A DNA stretch of 64,000 nucleotides, from positions 1,798,001 through 1,862,000 of the forward strand of contig NW_027361767.1 in the NCBI RefSeq assembly GCF_039654945.1. Reading direction: 5' to 3'. The translations under genes were made by a program, and so were the position numbers. This DNA is from Dendrobates tinctorius. Its lineage: Eukaryota. Every line of letters begins with the position of its first letter. Position 1 is the first letter of the stretch. The notes under the pieces were generated by a model. It was given only the letters and a program-made list of their open reading frames with translations. It had not been told where the DNA came from and searched no databases. This document shows positions 25,301-42,896 of this stretch, in pieces.

Positions 25301-28300
25301 AGACCCCAGTCTGGGGGTGGCCGAGTTACCTGACGAGATCTTTGAGGAGGACAATATGCTGAGTATGGGCAAGAAGATGATGCAGGAAGCCATGAGCGCC
25401 TTCCCCGGGATAGACGAAGCCATGAGCTATGCAGAGGTGATGAGGTGAGGCATCGGCACACGTGTCCACACACATCGGCCTTTCCGAAGCAGAATATGAT
25501 AAAGTGATCGGGGCGGGTTCCTCCCGGGACATTTTCCATGTCTTTAACCTTGCATCTTCTATTTAACGTGCAAACATACCATTGCTGATTATGCTTATCT
25601 CTTTCAGGTTGGTAAAAGGGATGAATTTCTCAGTGGTGGTCTTTGATACGGCCCCTACTGGCCACACACTTCGACTTCTCAATTTCCCGACCATTGTGGA
25701 ACGAGGCCTGGGAAGACTCATGCAGATCAAGAATCAGATCAGCCCGTTCATATCCCAGGTAAAGCCGCTCCTCATCCATCAGTTGGTATAAGTCTTTGTA
25801 CCCGCTGTGAGACCTAAGAATAATCACACCCTGATGATACTTCTCTTGCCCTCAGATGTGCAACATGTTGGGACTTGGTGACATGAATGCCGATCAACTC
25901 GCTTCCAAGCTAGAAGAGACTCTGCCGGTCATCCGATCAGTCAGCGAGCAGTTCAAGGATCCGGTGAGATGTGCAACTCATGGGACAGAATATCAGCCTG
26001 CAATCTAATCTAATTCATAAGAATACAAATACTCTAATACTGTTCCCTATGTACATGAATATAGCTACTATAATACTGCTCCTATATACAAGAATATAAC
26101 TACTATAATACTGCTCCTATGTACAAGAATATAACTACTATAATACTGCCCCTATGTACAAGAATATAACTACTATAATACTGCCCCTATGTACAAGAAT
26201 ATAACTACTATAATACTGCCTCTATGTACAAGAATATAACTACTATAATACTGCTCCTATGTACAAGAATATAACTACTATAATACTGCCCCTATGTACA
26301 AGAATATAACTACTATAATACTGCCCCCTATGTACAAGAATATAACTACTATAATACTGCCCCTATGTACAAGAATATAACTACTATAATACTGCCCCTA
26401 TGTACAAGAATATAACTACTATAATACTGCCCCTATGTACAAGAATATAACTACTATAATACTGCCTCTATGTACAAGAATATAACTACTATAATACTGC
26501 TCCTATGTACAAGAATATAACTACTATAATACTGCTCCTATGTACAAGAATATAGCTACTATAATACTGCCCCTATGTACAAGAATATAACTACTATAAT
26601 ACTGCCCCATGTTCAAGAATATAACTACTATAATACTGCCCCCTATGTACAAGAATATAACTACTATAATACTGCTCCTATGTACAAGAATATAGCTACT
26701 ATAATACTGCTCCTATGTACAAGAATATAGCTACTATTATACTGCCCCCTATGTACAAGAATATAACTACTATACTACTGCCCCTATGTACAAGAATATA
26801 ACTACTATAATACTGCTCCTATGTACAAAAATATAACTACTATAATACTGCCACTATGTACAAGAATATAACTACTATAATACTGTCCCCTATGTACAAG
26901 AATATAACTACTATAATACTGCCACTATGTACAAGAATATAACTACTATAATACTGCCCCCTATGTACAAGAATATAACTACTATAATACTGCCCCTATG
27001 TACAAGAATATAACTACTATAATACTGCCCCCTATGTACAAGAATATAACTACTATAATACTGCCCCTATGTGCAAGAATATAACTACTATAATACTGCT
27101 CCTATGTACAAAAATATAACTACTATAATACTGCCACTATGTACAAGAATATAACTACTATAATACTGTCCCCTATGTACAAGAATATAACTACTATAAT
27201 ACTGCCACTATGTACAAGAATATAACTACTATAATTCTGCCCCCTATGTACAAGAATATAACTACTATAATACTGCCACTATGTACAAGAATATAACTAC
27301 TATAATACTGTCCCCTATGTACAAGAATATAACTACTATAATACTGCCACTATGTACAAGAATATAACTACTATAATACTGCCCCCTATGTACAAGAATA
27401 TAACTACTATAATACTGCCCCTATGTACAAGAATATAACTACTATAATACTGCCACTATGTACAAGAATATAACTACTATAATACTGCCCCCTATGTACA
27501 AGAATATAACTACTATAATACTGCCCCTATGTGCAAGAATATAACTACTATAATACTGCTCCTATGTACAAAAATATAACTACTATAATACTGCTCCTAT
27601 GTACAAAAATATAACTACTATAATACTGCCACTATGTACAAGAATATAACTACTATAATACTGCCCCTATGTACAAGAATATAACTACTATAATACTGCT
27701 CCCTATGTACAAGGCTATAACTACTATAATACTGCCCCCTATGTACAAGAATATAACTACTATAATACTGCTCCTATGTACAAGAATATAACTAATATAA
27801 TACTGTCCCCTATGTACATGAATATAGCTATTATTATTTATTGTTATAGCGCCATTTATTCCATGGCGCTTTACATGTAAGGAGGGGTATACATAATAAA
27901 AACAAGTACAATAATGTTAAACAATACAAGTCATAACTGGTACAGGAGGAGAGAGGACCCTGCCCGCGAAGGCTCACATTCTACAAGGGATGGGTGAGAA
28001 TACAGTAGGCGAGGGTAGAGCTGGTCGTGCAGCGGTTTGGTCGATTGGTGGTTACTGCAGGTTATAGGCTTGTCGGAAGAGGTGGGTCTTCAGGCTCTTT
28101 TTGAAGGTTTCGATGGTAGGTGAGAGTCTGATATGTTGTGGTAGAGAGTTCCAGAGTAGGGGTGATGCGCGAGAGAAATCTTGTAGCTACTATAATACTG
28201 TGTACAAGAATCTAACTACTATAATACTGCCCCTATGTGCAAGAATATAACCACTATAATACTACCCCCTATGTACACGAATATATCTACTATAATACTG

Positions 28301-31300
28301 CCCCCTATGTACAAGAATATAACTACTATAATACTGCCCCCTATGTGCAAGAATATAACTACTATAATACTGCCCCTATGTGCAAGAATATAACTACTAT
28401 AATACTGCCCCTATGTACAAGAATATAACTACTATAATACTGCCCCTGTGTACAAGAATATAACTACTATAATACTGCTCCCTATGTGCAAGAATATAAC
28501 TACTATAATACTGCCCCATGTACGAGAATATAACTACTAGAATACTGCCCCCTCTGTGCCGGAATAAAACTACTATAATATTGCCCCTATGTACAAGATT
28601 ATAACTACTATAATACTGCCTCATGTACAAGAATATAACTACTATAATACTGCTCCCTATGTACAAGAATATAACTACTATAATACTGCCCCTATATACA
28701 AGAATATAACTACTATAATACTGCCCCCTATGTACAAGAATATAACTACTATAATACTGCTCCCTATGTACAAGAATATAACTACTATAATACTGCCCCT
28801 GTGTACAAGAATATAACTACTATAATACTGCCCCCTATGTACAAGAATATAACTGCTATAATACTGCCCCTATGTACAGGAATATAACTACTTTAATACT
28901 GCCCCTATGTACAAGATTATAACTACTATAATACTGCCTCATGTACAAGAATATAACTACTATAATACTGCCCCTATGTACAAGAATATAACTACTATAA
29001 TACTGCCCCCTATGTACAAGAATATAACTACTATAATACTGCCCTTATGTACAAGAATATAACTACTATAATACTGCTCCCTATGTACAAGAATATAACT
29101 ACTATAATACTGCCCCTATGTACAAGAATATAACTACTATAATACTGCCCCCTATGTACAAGAATATAACTACTATAATACAGCTCCCTATGTACAAGAA
29201 TATAACTACTATAATACTGCTCCTATGTACAAGAATATAACTACTATAATACTGCCCCCTATGTACAAGACTGCTATACTGCCTCGTACAGTGAGGATTG
29301 GTGCTTGCTGATGCCCCTTGTCTCGCACACAGGAGCAGACCACCTTCATCTGTGTGTGTATTGCGGAGTTCCTGTCTCTCTATGAGACTGAGCGGCTGAT
29401 CCAGGAATTGGCCAAGTGTAAAATAGACACACACAATATTATCGTTAACCAGTTGGTGTTTCCCGACCCCGAGAAACCCTGTCGTATGTGTGAGGCCAGG
29501 CACAAGATTCAATCTAAATACTTGGACCAGGTACGTGACACACGAGGAGGGCCGATCTTCATTTTTTGTTTTTTGTTCAAACAGTTAAATCTTGTTTTTC
29601 CTGGAAATATGAAGACCTGAAGAATTTTTCAGCTGCTGCCTTCATGTCTGGGGTGCGGCCTTCCTATCCGGGGTGCGGCCTTCCTATCGGGGGGGCGTGC
29701 GGCCTTCCTATCGGGGGGGCGTGCGGCCTTCCTATCGGGGATGCGTGCGGCCTTCCTATCGGGGGTGCGTGCGGCCTTCCTATCGGGGGTGCGTGCGGCC
29801 TTCCTATCGGGGGTGCGTGCGGCCTTCCTATCGGGGGGCGTGCGGCCTTCCTATCGGGGGGGCGTGCGGCCTTCCTATCGGGGGTGCGTGCGGCCTTCCT
29901 ATCGGGGGGTGCGTGCGGCCTTCCTATCGGGGGGTGCGTGCGGCCTTCCTATCGGGGGGGCGTGCGGCCTTCCTATCGGGGGGCGTGCGGCCTTCCTATC
30001 GGGGGTGCGTGCGGCCTTCCTATCCGGGGTGCGGCCTTCCTATCCGGGGTGCGGCCTTCCTATCTGGGGTGCGGCCTTCCTATCTGGGGTGCGGCCTTCC
30101 TATCTGGGGTGCGGCCTTCCTATCTGGGGTGCGGCCTTCCTATCTGGGGTGCGGCCTTCCTATCTGGGGTGCGGCCTTCCTATCTGGGGTGCGGCCTTCC
30201 TATCTGGGGTGCGGCCTTCCTGTCTGGGGTGCGGCCTTCCTGTCTGGGGTGCGGCCTTCCTGTCTGGGGTGCGGCCTTCCTGTCTGGGGTGCGGCCTTCC
30301 TGTCTGGGGTGCGGCCTTCCTGTCTGGGGTGCGGCCTTCCTGTCTGGGGTGCGGCCTTCCTGTCTGGGGTGCGGCCTTCCTGTCTGGGGTGCGGCCTTCC
30401 TGTCTGGGGTGCGGCCTTCCTGTCTGGGGTGCGGCCTTCCTGTCTGGGGTGCGGCCTTCCTGTCTGGGGTGCGGCCTTCCTGTCTGGGGTGCGGCCTTCC
30501 TGTCTGGGGTGCGGCCTTCCTGTCTGGGGTGCGGCCTTCCTGTCTGGGGTGCGGCCTTCCTGTCTGGGGTGCGGCCTTCCTGTCTGGGGTGCGGCCTTCC
30601 TGTCTGGGGTGCGGCCTTCCTGTCTGGGGTGCGGCCTTCCTGTCCGGGGTGCGGCCTTCCTGTCCGGGGTGCGGCCCTCCTGTCCGGGGTGCGGCCCTCC
30701 TGTCCGGGGTGCGGCCTTCCTGTCCGGGGTGCGGCCTTCCTGTCCGGGGTGCGGCCTTCCTGTCCGGGGTGCGGCCTTCCTGTCCGGGGTGCGGCCTTCC
30801 TGTCCGGGGTGCGGCCTTCCTGTCCGGGGTGCGGCCTTCCTGTCCGGGGTGCGGCCTTCCTATCCGGGGTGCGGCCTTCCTATCCGGGGTGCGGCCTTCT
30901 TATCTGGGGTGCGGCCTTCCTATCTGGGGTGCGGCCTTCCTGTCTGGGGTGCGGCCTTCCTGTCTGGGGTGCGGCCTTCCTGTCTGGGGTGCGGCCTTCC
31001 TGTCTGGGGTGCGGCCTTCCTGTCTGGGGTGCGGCCTTCCTGTCTGGGGTGCGGCCTTCCTGTCTGGGGTGCGGCCTTCCTGTCTGGGGTGCGGCCTTCC
31101 TGTCTGGGGTGCGGCCTTCCTGTCTGGGGTGCGGCCTTCCTGTCTGGGGTGCGGCCTTCCTGTCCGGGGTGCGGCCTTCCTGTCCGGGGTGCGGCCTTCC
31201 TGTCCGGGGTGCGGCCCTCCTGTCCGGGGTGCGGCCCTCCTGTCCGGGGTGCGGCCCTCCTGTCCGGGGTGCGGCCCTCCTGTCCGGGGTGCGGCCTTCC

Positions 31301-32230
31301 TGTCCGGGGTGCGGCCTTCCTGTCCGGGGTGCGGCCTTCCTGTCCGGGGTGCGGCCTTCCTGTCCGGGGTGCGGCCTTCCTGTCCGGGGTGCGGCCTTCC
31401 TATCCGGGGTGCGGCCTTCCTATCCGGGGTGCGGCCTTCCTATCCGGGGTGCGGCCTTCCTATCCGGGGTGCGGCCTTCCTATCCGGGGTGCGGCCTTCC
31501 TATCTGGGGTGCGGCCTTCCTATCTGGGGTGCGGCCTTCCTATCTGGGGTGCGGCCTTCCTGTCTGGGGTGCGGCCTTCCTGTCTGGGGTGCGGCCTTCC
31601 TGTCTGGGGTGCGGCCTTCCTGTCTGGGGTGCGGCCTTCCTGTCTGGGGTGCGGCCTTCCTGTCTGGGGTGCGGCCTTCCTGTCTGGGGTGCGGCCTTCC
31701 TGTCTGGGGTGCGGCCTTCCTGTCTGGGGTGCGGCCTTCCTGTCTGGGGTGCGGCCTTCCTGTCTGGGGTGCGGCCTTCCTGTCTGGGGTGCGGCCTTCC
31801 TATTTGGGGTGCGGCCTTCCTATTTGGGGTGCGGCCTTCCTATTTGGGGTGCGGCCTTCCTATCTGGGGTGCGTGCGGCCTTCCTATTTGGGGTGCGGCC
31901 TTCCTATCGGGGGTGCGTGCGGCCTTCCTATTTGGGGTGTGGCCTTCCTATCGGGGGTGCGTGCGGCCTTCCTATTTGGGGTGCGGCCTTGCTATCCGGG
32001 GTGCGGCCTTCCTATCGGGGTGCATTTGGTGTAATTCCTCTCTCTGCCACTAGGCGTCACTCTATAACTGACTCTCCCATGTGTCTCTTTTCCCATAGAT
32101 GGAGGATCTGTATGAAGATTTCCATATTGTGAAGCTTCCCCTTCTCCCTCATGAGGTCCGAGGGGTGGAAAACGTCAACACCTTCTCTAACCTTCTCCTC
32201 GAGCCGTACAAGCCCCCCAGCGGGAAATGA
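19351..32230 (+). CDS. GET3: ATPase GET3 / ASNA1 / TRC40 (tail-anchored protein targeting factor), 342 aa, 7 exons
   Basis: Exons 19351-19493, 25063-25210, 25296-25444, 25608-25758, 25856-25963, 29333-29530, 32099-32230, all GT-AG, 1029 nt in frame. [11 protein letters not shown]-loop, [24 protein letters not shown] motif. Confidence 0.96.
19880..22645 (+). repeat. 30/33-bp GC-rich minisatellite (GAGGAGCACCCTGCAAGGCCCCCCATATAT) in GET3 intron 1
   Basis: About 85 copies; the 33-bp AGCAGC variant forms a block at about 20850-21600; a degenerate continuation runs 24350-24870. Confidence 0.95.
21878..22045 (-). mobile_element. Probable Penelope-like element terminal fragment with a minimal hammerhead-like motif
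   Basis: AT-rich non-repeat insert in the minisatellite. The minus strand reads TCA-ATGATTAA-GACGCA-loop-TGCGTA-GAAACGCGT-T-TGA, followed by AATAAA. Confidence 0.55.
22648..24349 (-). mobile_element. Degenerate L2/CR1-group LINE fragment (reverse transcriptase region)
   Basis: Frameshifted minus-strand pieces [44 protein letters not shown]; the 3' tail is missing. Confidence 0.85.
26030..29275 (+). repeat. 35-36-bp minisatellite array in GET3 intron 5
   Basis: About 80 copies of TATGTACAAGAATATAACTACTATAATACTGCCCC, interrupted by a LINE 3' end. Confidence 0.95.
27831..28183 (-). mobile_element. 5'-truncated 3' end of the same L2 LINE family
   Basis: 27970-28183 closely matches 22650-22865. 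The minus strand ends ...GGAATAAATGGCGCTATAACAATAAATAATAA; TAGCTA occurs on both flanks. Confidence 0.8.
29645..32025 (+). repeat. 20-bp (24-25-bp at the edges) G-rich minisatellite (GGGGTGCGGCCTTCCTRTCY) filling GET3 intron 6
   Basis: More than 100 near-perfect copies. Confidence 0.96.
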
Positions 32231-32569
32231 GATTTGGGGGGTGTTGCTGGGTTGCCATCCTCCTCGAGGCACAAGACACATTAGACCCCTGTGACAGACA
32301 GATTGGGGTCCATCCTTCCCAGGTCCTCCTGTCTTTTGTCCCCTCTCCCACCCCCTCATTTTTATTTTTTTTTTTATGGGAGGGGTATATATTTATTTTC
32401 GGATTTTGGGCACCCATGCGCTGTGATCATCGTCTCCGTCTCTTCATCTCCCATCACCGCGGGCCGTACGGAGCATGGCTGCTGCCTGCCTGTAGTGACG
32501 GAGCGGGGACCACCCGTGCACCTGTGTCTCCCCTGAATCTCACACTGTAGAGCTCGGGGGCAGGAGGAG

Positions 32570-32575
32570 AATAAA
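32570..32575 (+). other. Candidate polyadenylation signal of GET3
   Basis: AATAAA about 340 nt after the stop, followed by GT-rich sequence. Confidence 0.6.
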
Positions 32576-33194
32576 CTCGGTTTATATATAATATTCCAGC
32601 GTTGTGTCATGATTATGGGTGTAGAAGTCAGTGGTGGGCACGGCCCCCCGCTCTGGCCGCAGTCCTGTCCAGTGGCTGTCAGTGCCCCTCTGTATTGGTG
32701 ATAGGTAATGGCTGTCCGTCATCACCAGACCGAGCCTGCGGAGGATGGGTCTTACCCCTACATATGAGTGTGACTGGGCCGGCTCTGCTTCCCCTCCCCA
32801 CATGGTCCGGTGCCCCCCCCCTGTGCTCTGTGTACTGCCAGCACCCGGGGTCTCCGTCCTCCGCCCCTCTTGTGTTTTCATTCTTCTGCTTAATTTGCTT
32901 TAAACAAAGCAGCAGTGGGGGGCGCCGAGGAGACAGAGCGTTCTGGGCAGAGTCCGGCAGCATCTGAGCCCCTTACATAACCAGTCCTGCACCTCGCTGC
33001 AGAGCCCCGGACCCTCGCTGCAGAGACCCCCCCCCCCCCCCGGACCCTCGCTGCAGGGCCCCCCTGCACCCTCGCTGCAGAGACCCCCTTGGACCGTCAC
33101 TGCAAAGCCCCGCCTCATGGACCCTTGCCGCAAAGCCCCCCACCTTCCCCGGACCCTCACTGCAGAGCCCCAGCTCATTACCAGGGCCCCAATC

Positions 33195-33910
33195 CAGATA
33201 GTATCACTACAGAGGCTGAGACACACGGTCTGTAGACAGTATCACACTGCAGAGGCTGAGATAACCGGGGCGTGCAGACAGTATTGCACTGCAGATGCTG
33301 AGATACCCGGGGCGCGTAGACAGTATCACACTGCAGAGGCTGAGATAACCGGGGCGTGCAGACAGTATTGCACTGCAGATGCTGAGATACCCGGGGCGCG
33401 TAGACAGTATCACACTGCAGAGGCTGAGATACCCGAGGCGTGCAGATAGTATCACACTGCAGAGGCTGAGATACACGGGAAGTGCAGACAGGATCACACT
33501 GCAGAGGCTGAGATACCCGAGGCGTGCAGATAGTATCACACTGCAGAGGCTAAGATACACAGGACGTGCAGACAGTATCACATTGCAGAGGCTGAGATAC
33601 ACGGGAAGTGCAGACAGTATCACATTGCAGAGGCTGAGATACACAGGAAGTGCAGACAGTATCACATTGCAGAGGCTGAGATACACGGGAAGTGCAGACA
33701 GTATCACACTGCAGAGGCTGAGATACACAGGACGTGCAGACAGTATCACATTGCAGAGGCTGAGATACACAGGACGTGCAGACAGTATCACACTGCCGAG
33801 GCTAAGATACACAGGGTGCGTAGACAGTATCACACTGCAGATGCTGAGATAACGGGGGTGTGCAGACAGGATCACACTGCAGAGGCTGAGATACATAGGG
33901 TGTGCATATA
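33195..33910 (+). repeat. 39-40-bp minisatellite (GCAGACAGTATCACACTGCAGAGGCTGAGATACACGGG)
   Basis: About 18 copies; shares its core with the arrays at 45620 and 50160. Confidence 0.9.
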
Positions 33911-34794
33911 GTATCTAATGATAGGCTGAGCTACACCAGCGCAGTAATAATACATCTATGAAACACACAGGCTCAATAGATTGTATCACACATGACAGGC
34001 TTACCTAGAAGCTCAGAAGTCATCATACAGACATCCTACATGATGAGCTAATTGATCTCAATATCACACTATTGTCCTATGACCAAGAAATGACGCGGAC
34101 AGGCTGGGATGCACCAGGCACATTGTATCACACATGGCAGGTATCAGTATATCATTAGGCAGTAATCTTAGTCATGATGCTTAGATACAGCATCACAACA
34201 AATATCATATATGACAGGCGTCCATAGTCCAGACAGCGGATATTTCTATCCATTGAGCAGTCCAATCTATTTTGTTTGCATTATTCATGTCTGTAGTGAA
34301 TGAGGCCGAGCTGCAGTACCACACACAGCCACACTTGGATGCATGTCACTGTTTCAGCGAGCAACACGACCTAGAAGAGGAACCCCCTCGATCACACATT
34401 GATCATGAGCTATAATTCATTATTTCTGGTGATATTATGGCTGTGTACATCAAGCGCTGGGTGTCCCCCCCCCCCCCCCCCCCAACCTCTGCCCTGTGCA
34501 TCTCCTTAGGTGCTATTCTATGCTAATAACTGAGAAACCAGACTGACTAGCATGACCAGACGATAAAGGCTTAGGTGCAAAACCGCCTTGAAATGGAAAA
34601 GTAATGGTGTGGGCCCCCTGTTACAGTCACTGTTCATTTCTTCATTACGTATAGAATAGGATGTGGATTTTGTTTATACAGATAGATGAGGACCCTGGGG
34701 ACTGCCGCCAAGATTTAATGGAACAGTTACACATATCAGTGAGACTCCAAATCCAAGAACTGTAGAAAGGAAGAAGCTATAAGGTTACTGTGCG

Positions 34795-38446
<3,652 letters not shown>

Positions 38447-39592
38447 ATCCTTTAGCCATATTTCCCAGCAGTCTCTGCTTGTACAGACTTTATCTAGTGA
38501 TTTCCATGCTTTGTATAACACATTTGGTCTTGGAGACACCTGCGACACATCAGTGAGTGAGTGCAGTGATCTAGTATAACCTGTCCTCCTGGGTCATGAA
38601 CTCATCTTCTGCTCCAGGTCCAAAGTTCTTCTCCTGGTGATCTTCATGTTCTTACTTCCAGAAAATCTCAGACTATTAGGAGGTGGCGGGTTTATATAAT
38701 ATTTACATAGTAGATTACCAGACTTGATCTCCCTTGTAAGGGAACGGAGTCACCATATTATCCACTATGATTACTGCACTGGAGTGTAGCGCCTGGTACC
38801 TGAGTGTGGCCACTGGCTCAGCTGCCACATTGGGAACATTAGTATAGTGGGCGCTATGCTAACTATATAATCACGTCCCGGTACTAGTAGTGTTGGAGGA
38901 GCGCTCTGCTCGACCCACACCACTAAAGATGTGCTGGAAACTGCAGGTAACTTTTGCAGCTTACTTAAAGAGACAGTTTTAGGATAATACTGGTAGAACC
39001 GTTTCTATATGGACATGTGGTGACCTGAAGGCAGGGAACACCACTAATCACTGGTATTGGGGGTTTCACTACAACTCTGGCCCTGTCGGAAACAGCCCAC
39101 CCGGTAGATTTTTGCTAGCAGTTTGTGGCGGAGTACGTCTTTAAGTTTAAACCTAGTTGTTACTACGTCTTCAGCACTTTTAATGATTCCCAAGGAATTC
39201 CCTTATGAGGAGCAGAAGAAAATGTATGGGGAAATGAAGAAGTCCGTGAGCCCACTGGCTGAGAGATGGGTGGGAAACAATATGGCTCCGGAAAGCTTGC
39301 CACCCAGCTTTCCCAGACTACTGCATGGCAATTATGACTATATAAATAATCCTACCCTCCTGATAGAGCAGAGTAATGCGGCCTTTTTGTAGCAGTATTT
39401 TTTATGTCACACAGGTGGCGTTGACCGTGTCTGATATGCAGTGTCATGTAATAGTTTGTGCGCCCCTGGTAAAAAAAATTCCTGTTATTGTGAACAGTTC
39501 AGCAAGTTGAAGATGAAATGATCTCTAAAAGGGCGAAAGTTACAGATGACAGATTTTATTGTATTTTAGGCAAAAAAAAATGTGTATATATA

Positions 39593-41167
39593 CACTGCTC
39601 AAAAAAATAAAGGGAACACTAAAATACCACATCCTAGATATCTCTGAATGAAATATTCCAGTTATAAATCTTTATTCATTACTTAGTGGAATGTATTGAG
39701 AATGATAAAACATAAAAATGATCAATATAAATCACAATATCCCATGGGGGTCTGGATTTGGAATAATACTCAAAATCAAAGCGGAAAATCAAATTGCAGG
39801 CTGATCCAACTTCAGTGGAAATGCCTCATGACAAGGAAAAGATGCTTAGTATTGTGTGTGGCCTCCACGTGCCTGTATGACCTCCCTACAACGCTTGGGC
39901 ATGCTCCTGATGAGGCGGCGGATGTTGTCATGAGGGATCTCCTCCCAGACCTGGACTAAAGCATCTGCCAACTCCTGGACAGTCTGTGGTGCAACGTGAT
40001 GTTGGTGGATGGAGCAAGACATGATGTCTCAGATGTGCTCAATCGGATTCAGGTCTGGGGAACGGTCAGGCCAGTCCATAGCTTCAATGCCTTCATCTTG
40101 CAGGAACAGCTGACACACTCCAGCCATATGAGGTCTGGCATTGTCCTGCATTAGGAGGAACCCAGGGCCAGCCGCACCAGAATATGGTCTCACAAGGGGT
40201 CTGAGGATCTCATCTTGGTACCTAATGGCAGTCAAGCTACCTCTGACGAGCACATGGAGGGCTGTGCAGCCCTCCAAAGAAATGCCACCCCACACCATTA
40301 CTGACCCACTGCCAAACCGGTCATGCTGAAGGATGTTGCAGGCAGCAGATCGCTCTCCATGGCATCTCCAGACTCTGTCACGTCTGTCACATGTGGTCAG
40401 TGTGAACCTGCTTTCATATGTGAAGAGCACAGGGTGTCAATGTCAAATCTGCCAAACACTGTTCTCTGGCAAATGCCAAGCGTCCTGCACGGTGTTGGGC
40501 TGTGAGCACAACCCCTATCTGTGGATGTTGGGCACTCAGACCATCCTCATGGAGTTGGTTTCTCACCGTTTGTGCAGACACATGCACATTTGTGGCCTGC
40601 TGGAGGTCATTTTGCAGGGCTCTGGCAGTGCTCCTCCTGTTCCTCCTTGCACAAAGGCTGAGGTAGCGGTCCTGCTGCTGGGTTGTTGCCCTCCTATGGC
40701 CCCCTCCACGTCTCCTGGTGTACTGGCCTGTCTCCTGGTAGCGCCTCCAGCCTCTGGACACTACGGTGAAAGACACAGCAAACCTTCTTGTCACAGCTCT
40801 CATTGATGTGCCATCCTGGATGAGCTGCACTACCTGAGCCACATGTGTGGGTTGTAGAGTCCGTCTCATGCTACCACGAGTGTGAAAGCGCAACTAACAT
40901 TCAAAAGTGACCAAAACATCAGCCAGAAAGCATTGGTACTGAGATGTGGTCTGTGGTCCCCACCTGCAGAACCACTCCTTTATTGAGGGTGTCTTGATAA
41001 TTGCCAATAATTTCCATCTGTTGTCTATTCCATTTGCACAACAGCATGTGACATTGATTGTCAGTCAGTGTTGCTTCCTAAATGGACAGTGTGATTTCAC
41101 AGAAGTTTGATTTAGTTTGGAGCTATAGTCTGTTGTTTAAGTGTTCCCTTTATTTTTTTGAGCAGTG
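39593..41167 (-). mobile_element. Tc1 element with short TIRs nested in the left TIR of the older Tc1; transposase pseudogene
   Basis: TIR CACTGCTCAAAAAAATAAAGGGAACACT at both ends, TA TSD. Split ORFs 40414-40893 and 40029-40430; MQDNARPH...SPDLNPIE; first catalytic D replaced (FTYES). Confidence 0.9.
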
Positions 41168-42567
41168 TATATTTAATATTTTATATTTTAAAAATTACAA
41201 AAAATGGGCCGATGTAAAAGTGTGGGCACCCTGCATGGTCAGTACCTAGTAACGCCCCCTTTTCCAGGTACCACAGCTTGTAAATGCTTTCAATTCTTGT
41301 TTGAAGTATTTTCATCCATTCTTCCTTGGAGAATTCCTCCCGTTCTGTGAGATTCCTGGGTCGTCTTCCATCCGCTGCTATTTTGAGGTCTAACCACAGA
41401 TTTTCAATGAAGTTCAGATCAGGGGACTATGGGCCCTTTGTAAATCCTGCAGCTTGGGCCTTTTGAGGTCGTCTATTGTGGATTGTGACGTGTGTTTGGG
41501 ACCATTCTCCATGTGTAGCTGCCATCCTCATCCTCTTTTCACCTTCAGCTTTTTTACAGATGGTGTTATGTTTCCATCAAGAATGTGTTTAAAATGTAAT
41601 TGAATCCATTCTTCCCTCTTCCTGTGAAATATTCCCCATGCCATTGGCTACAACACAACCCCAATGCTTGATTGATCCACTCCAATGACTAATGGTTGAT
41701 GAGATGTTCTTTTCCTGCTATTCTGTGCCCTTTTTCTCCACACATACTTTTGATCATTGTGGCCAAAGATTTCTATTTTTACCTCATCGGTCCACAGGAC
41801 TTGTTTCCAAAATGCATCAGGCTTGTTTAGATGTTCTTTTGCATACATCTGATACTGAATTTTATGGTGAGGACGCAGGAGAGGTTTTCTTCTGATGATT
41901 CTTCCATGAAGGCCATATTTGTGCAGGTGTCTCTGAACAGTAGAACAATGTACCACAACTGCAGAGTCTGCTTAATCTTTCTGAAAGTGTTTTGCAGTCA
42001 AGCGAGGGATCTTATTTGCCTCTCTAGCAATCCTACGAGCAGCTCTCACTGAAATTTTGCTTGGTCTTCCAGACCTTATCTTGACCTCCACTTTTCCTGG
42101 TAACTGCCATTTCTTAATTACATTACTGAGGAAAGGACAAGTTCAAAACGCTTTGCTATCTTCTTATAGCCTTCTCCGGCTTTGTGCTTCTCCACCATTC
42201 TCAGAGTGTTGGGCAGCTGCTTAGAAGAACCCATGGCTGCTGTTTTTTGGCACAAGGTAAGAGGAGTCTGGGTTTTTATAAAGCTGGGAAATTTGCATCA
42301 CCTGGACTTTCCTAATGATGATAGTGAACAAGCCATAACCCTAACAGGATAATTAAAGTCTGAAACTTTGGTCAAAGTTATCTGAGCACGCAAATCTTCA
42401 AGGGTGCCCAAACTTTTGCATCGGCCCATTTTCCTTTTTGTAATTTTTAAAATGTAAAAGATGAAAATATATATTTTTTCTGCCTAAAATGCAAAGGAAA
42501 TGTCATGTGTAACTTGAGGGCTTTTAGAGATCATTTCATCTTCAACTTGCTAAACTGTTCACAATAA

Positions 42568-42896
42568 GGCTAAGTGCACACGTAGCAGAAACCGCACCTA
42601 TTTTTCCTCGGCTTTTTTGTGCTTTTTTTTTGCGCGGTTTTGATGCGTTTTTGATGCGTTTTTTTCCGCAGCGGTTTCAAAACGCATGGAAGAAGCCAAA
42701 ACCGCGGAAAAATCCACAAAATTAATTAGCATGCTGCGTTTTTTACCGCGATGCGTTTTTTTCTCGGTAAAAAACCGCATCAATGTGCACAAAAAGTGCA
42801 AAATGCATAGAAATGACTGGGAAGCTTATTTTTAGCGGTTTTATAGTGAAAACCGTGGTAAAAACCGCTAAAAAAACGCTGTGTGTGAACACAGCC
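42568..42896. mobile_element. PIF/Harbinger-type MITE in the right TIR of the old Tc1
   Basis: Imperfect TIR GGCTAAGTGCACAC / GTGTGAACACAGCC; TAA TSD on both sides. Confidence 0.75.

Noticed and set aside
29566-32132. Three overlapping 770-822-aa ORFs
   Set aside because: Artefacts of a stop-free 20-bp repeat inside GET3 intron 6; all three frames are open and encode the same periodic peptide.
19351-32230. Bacterial ArsA or horizontal transfer interpretation
   Set aside because: Seven spliceosomal exons, a single ATPase domain and vertebrate synteny identify GET3.
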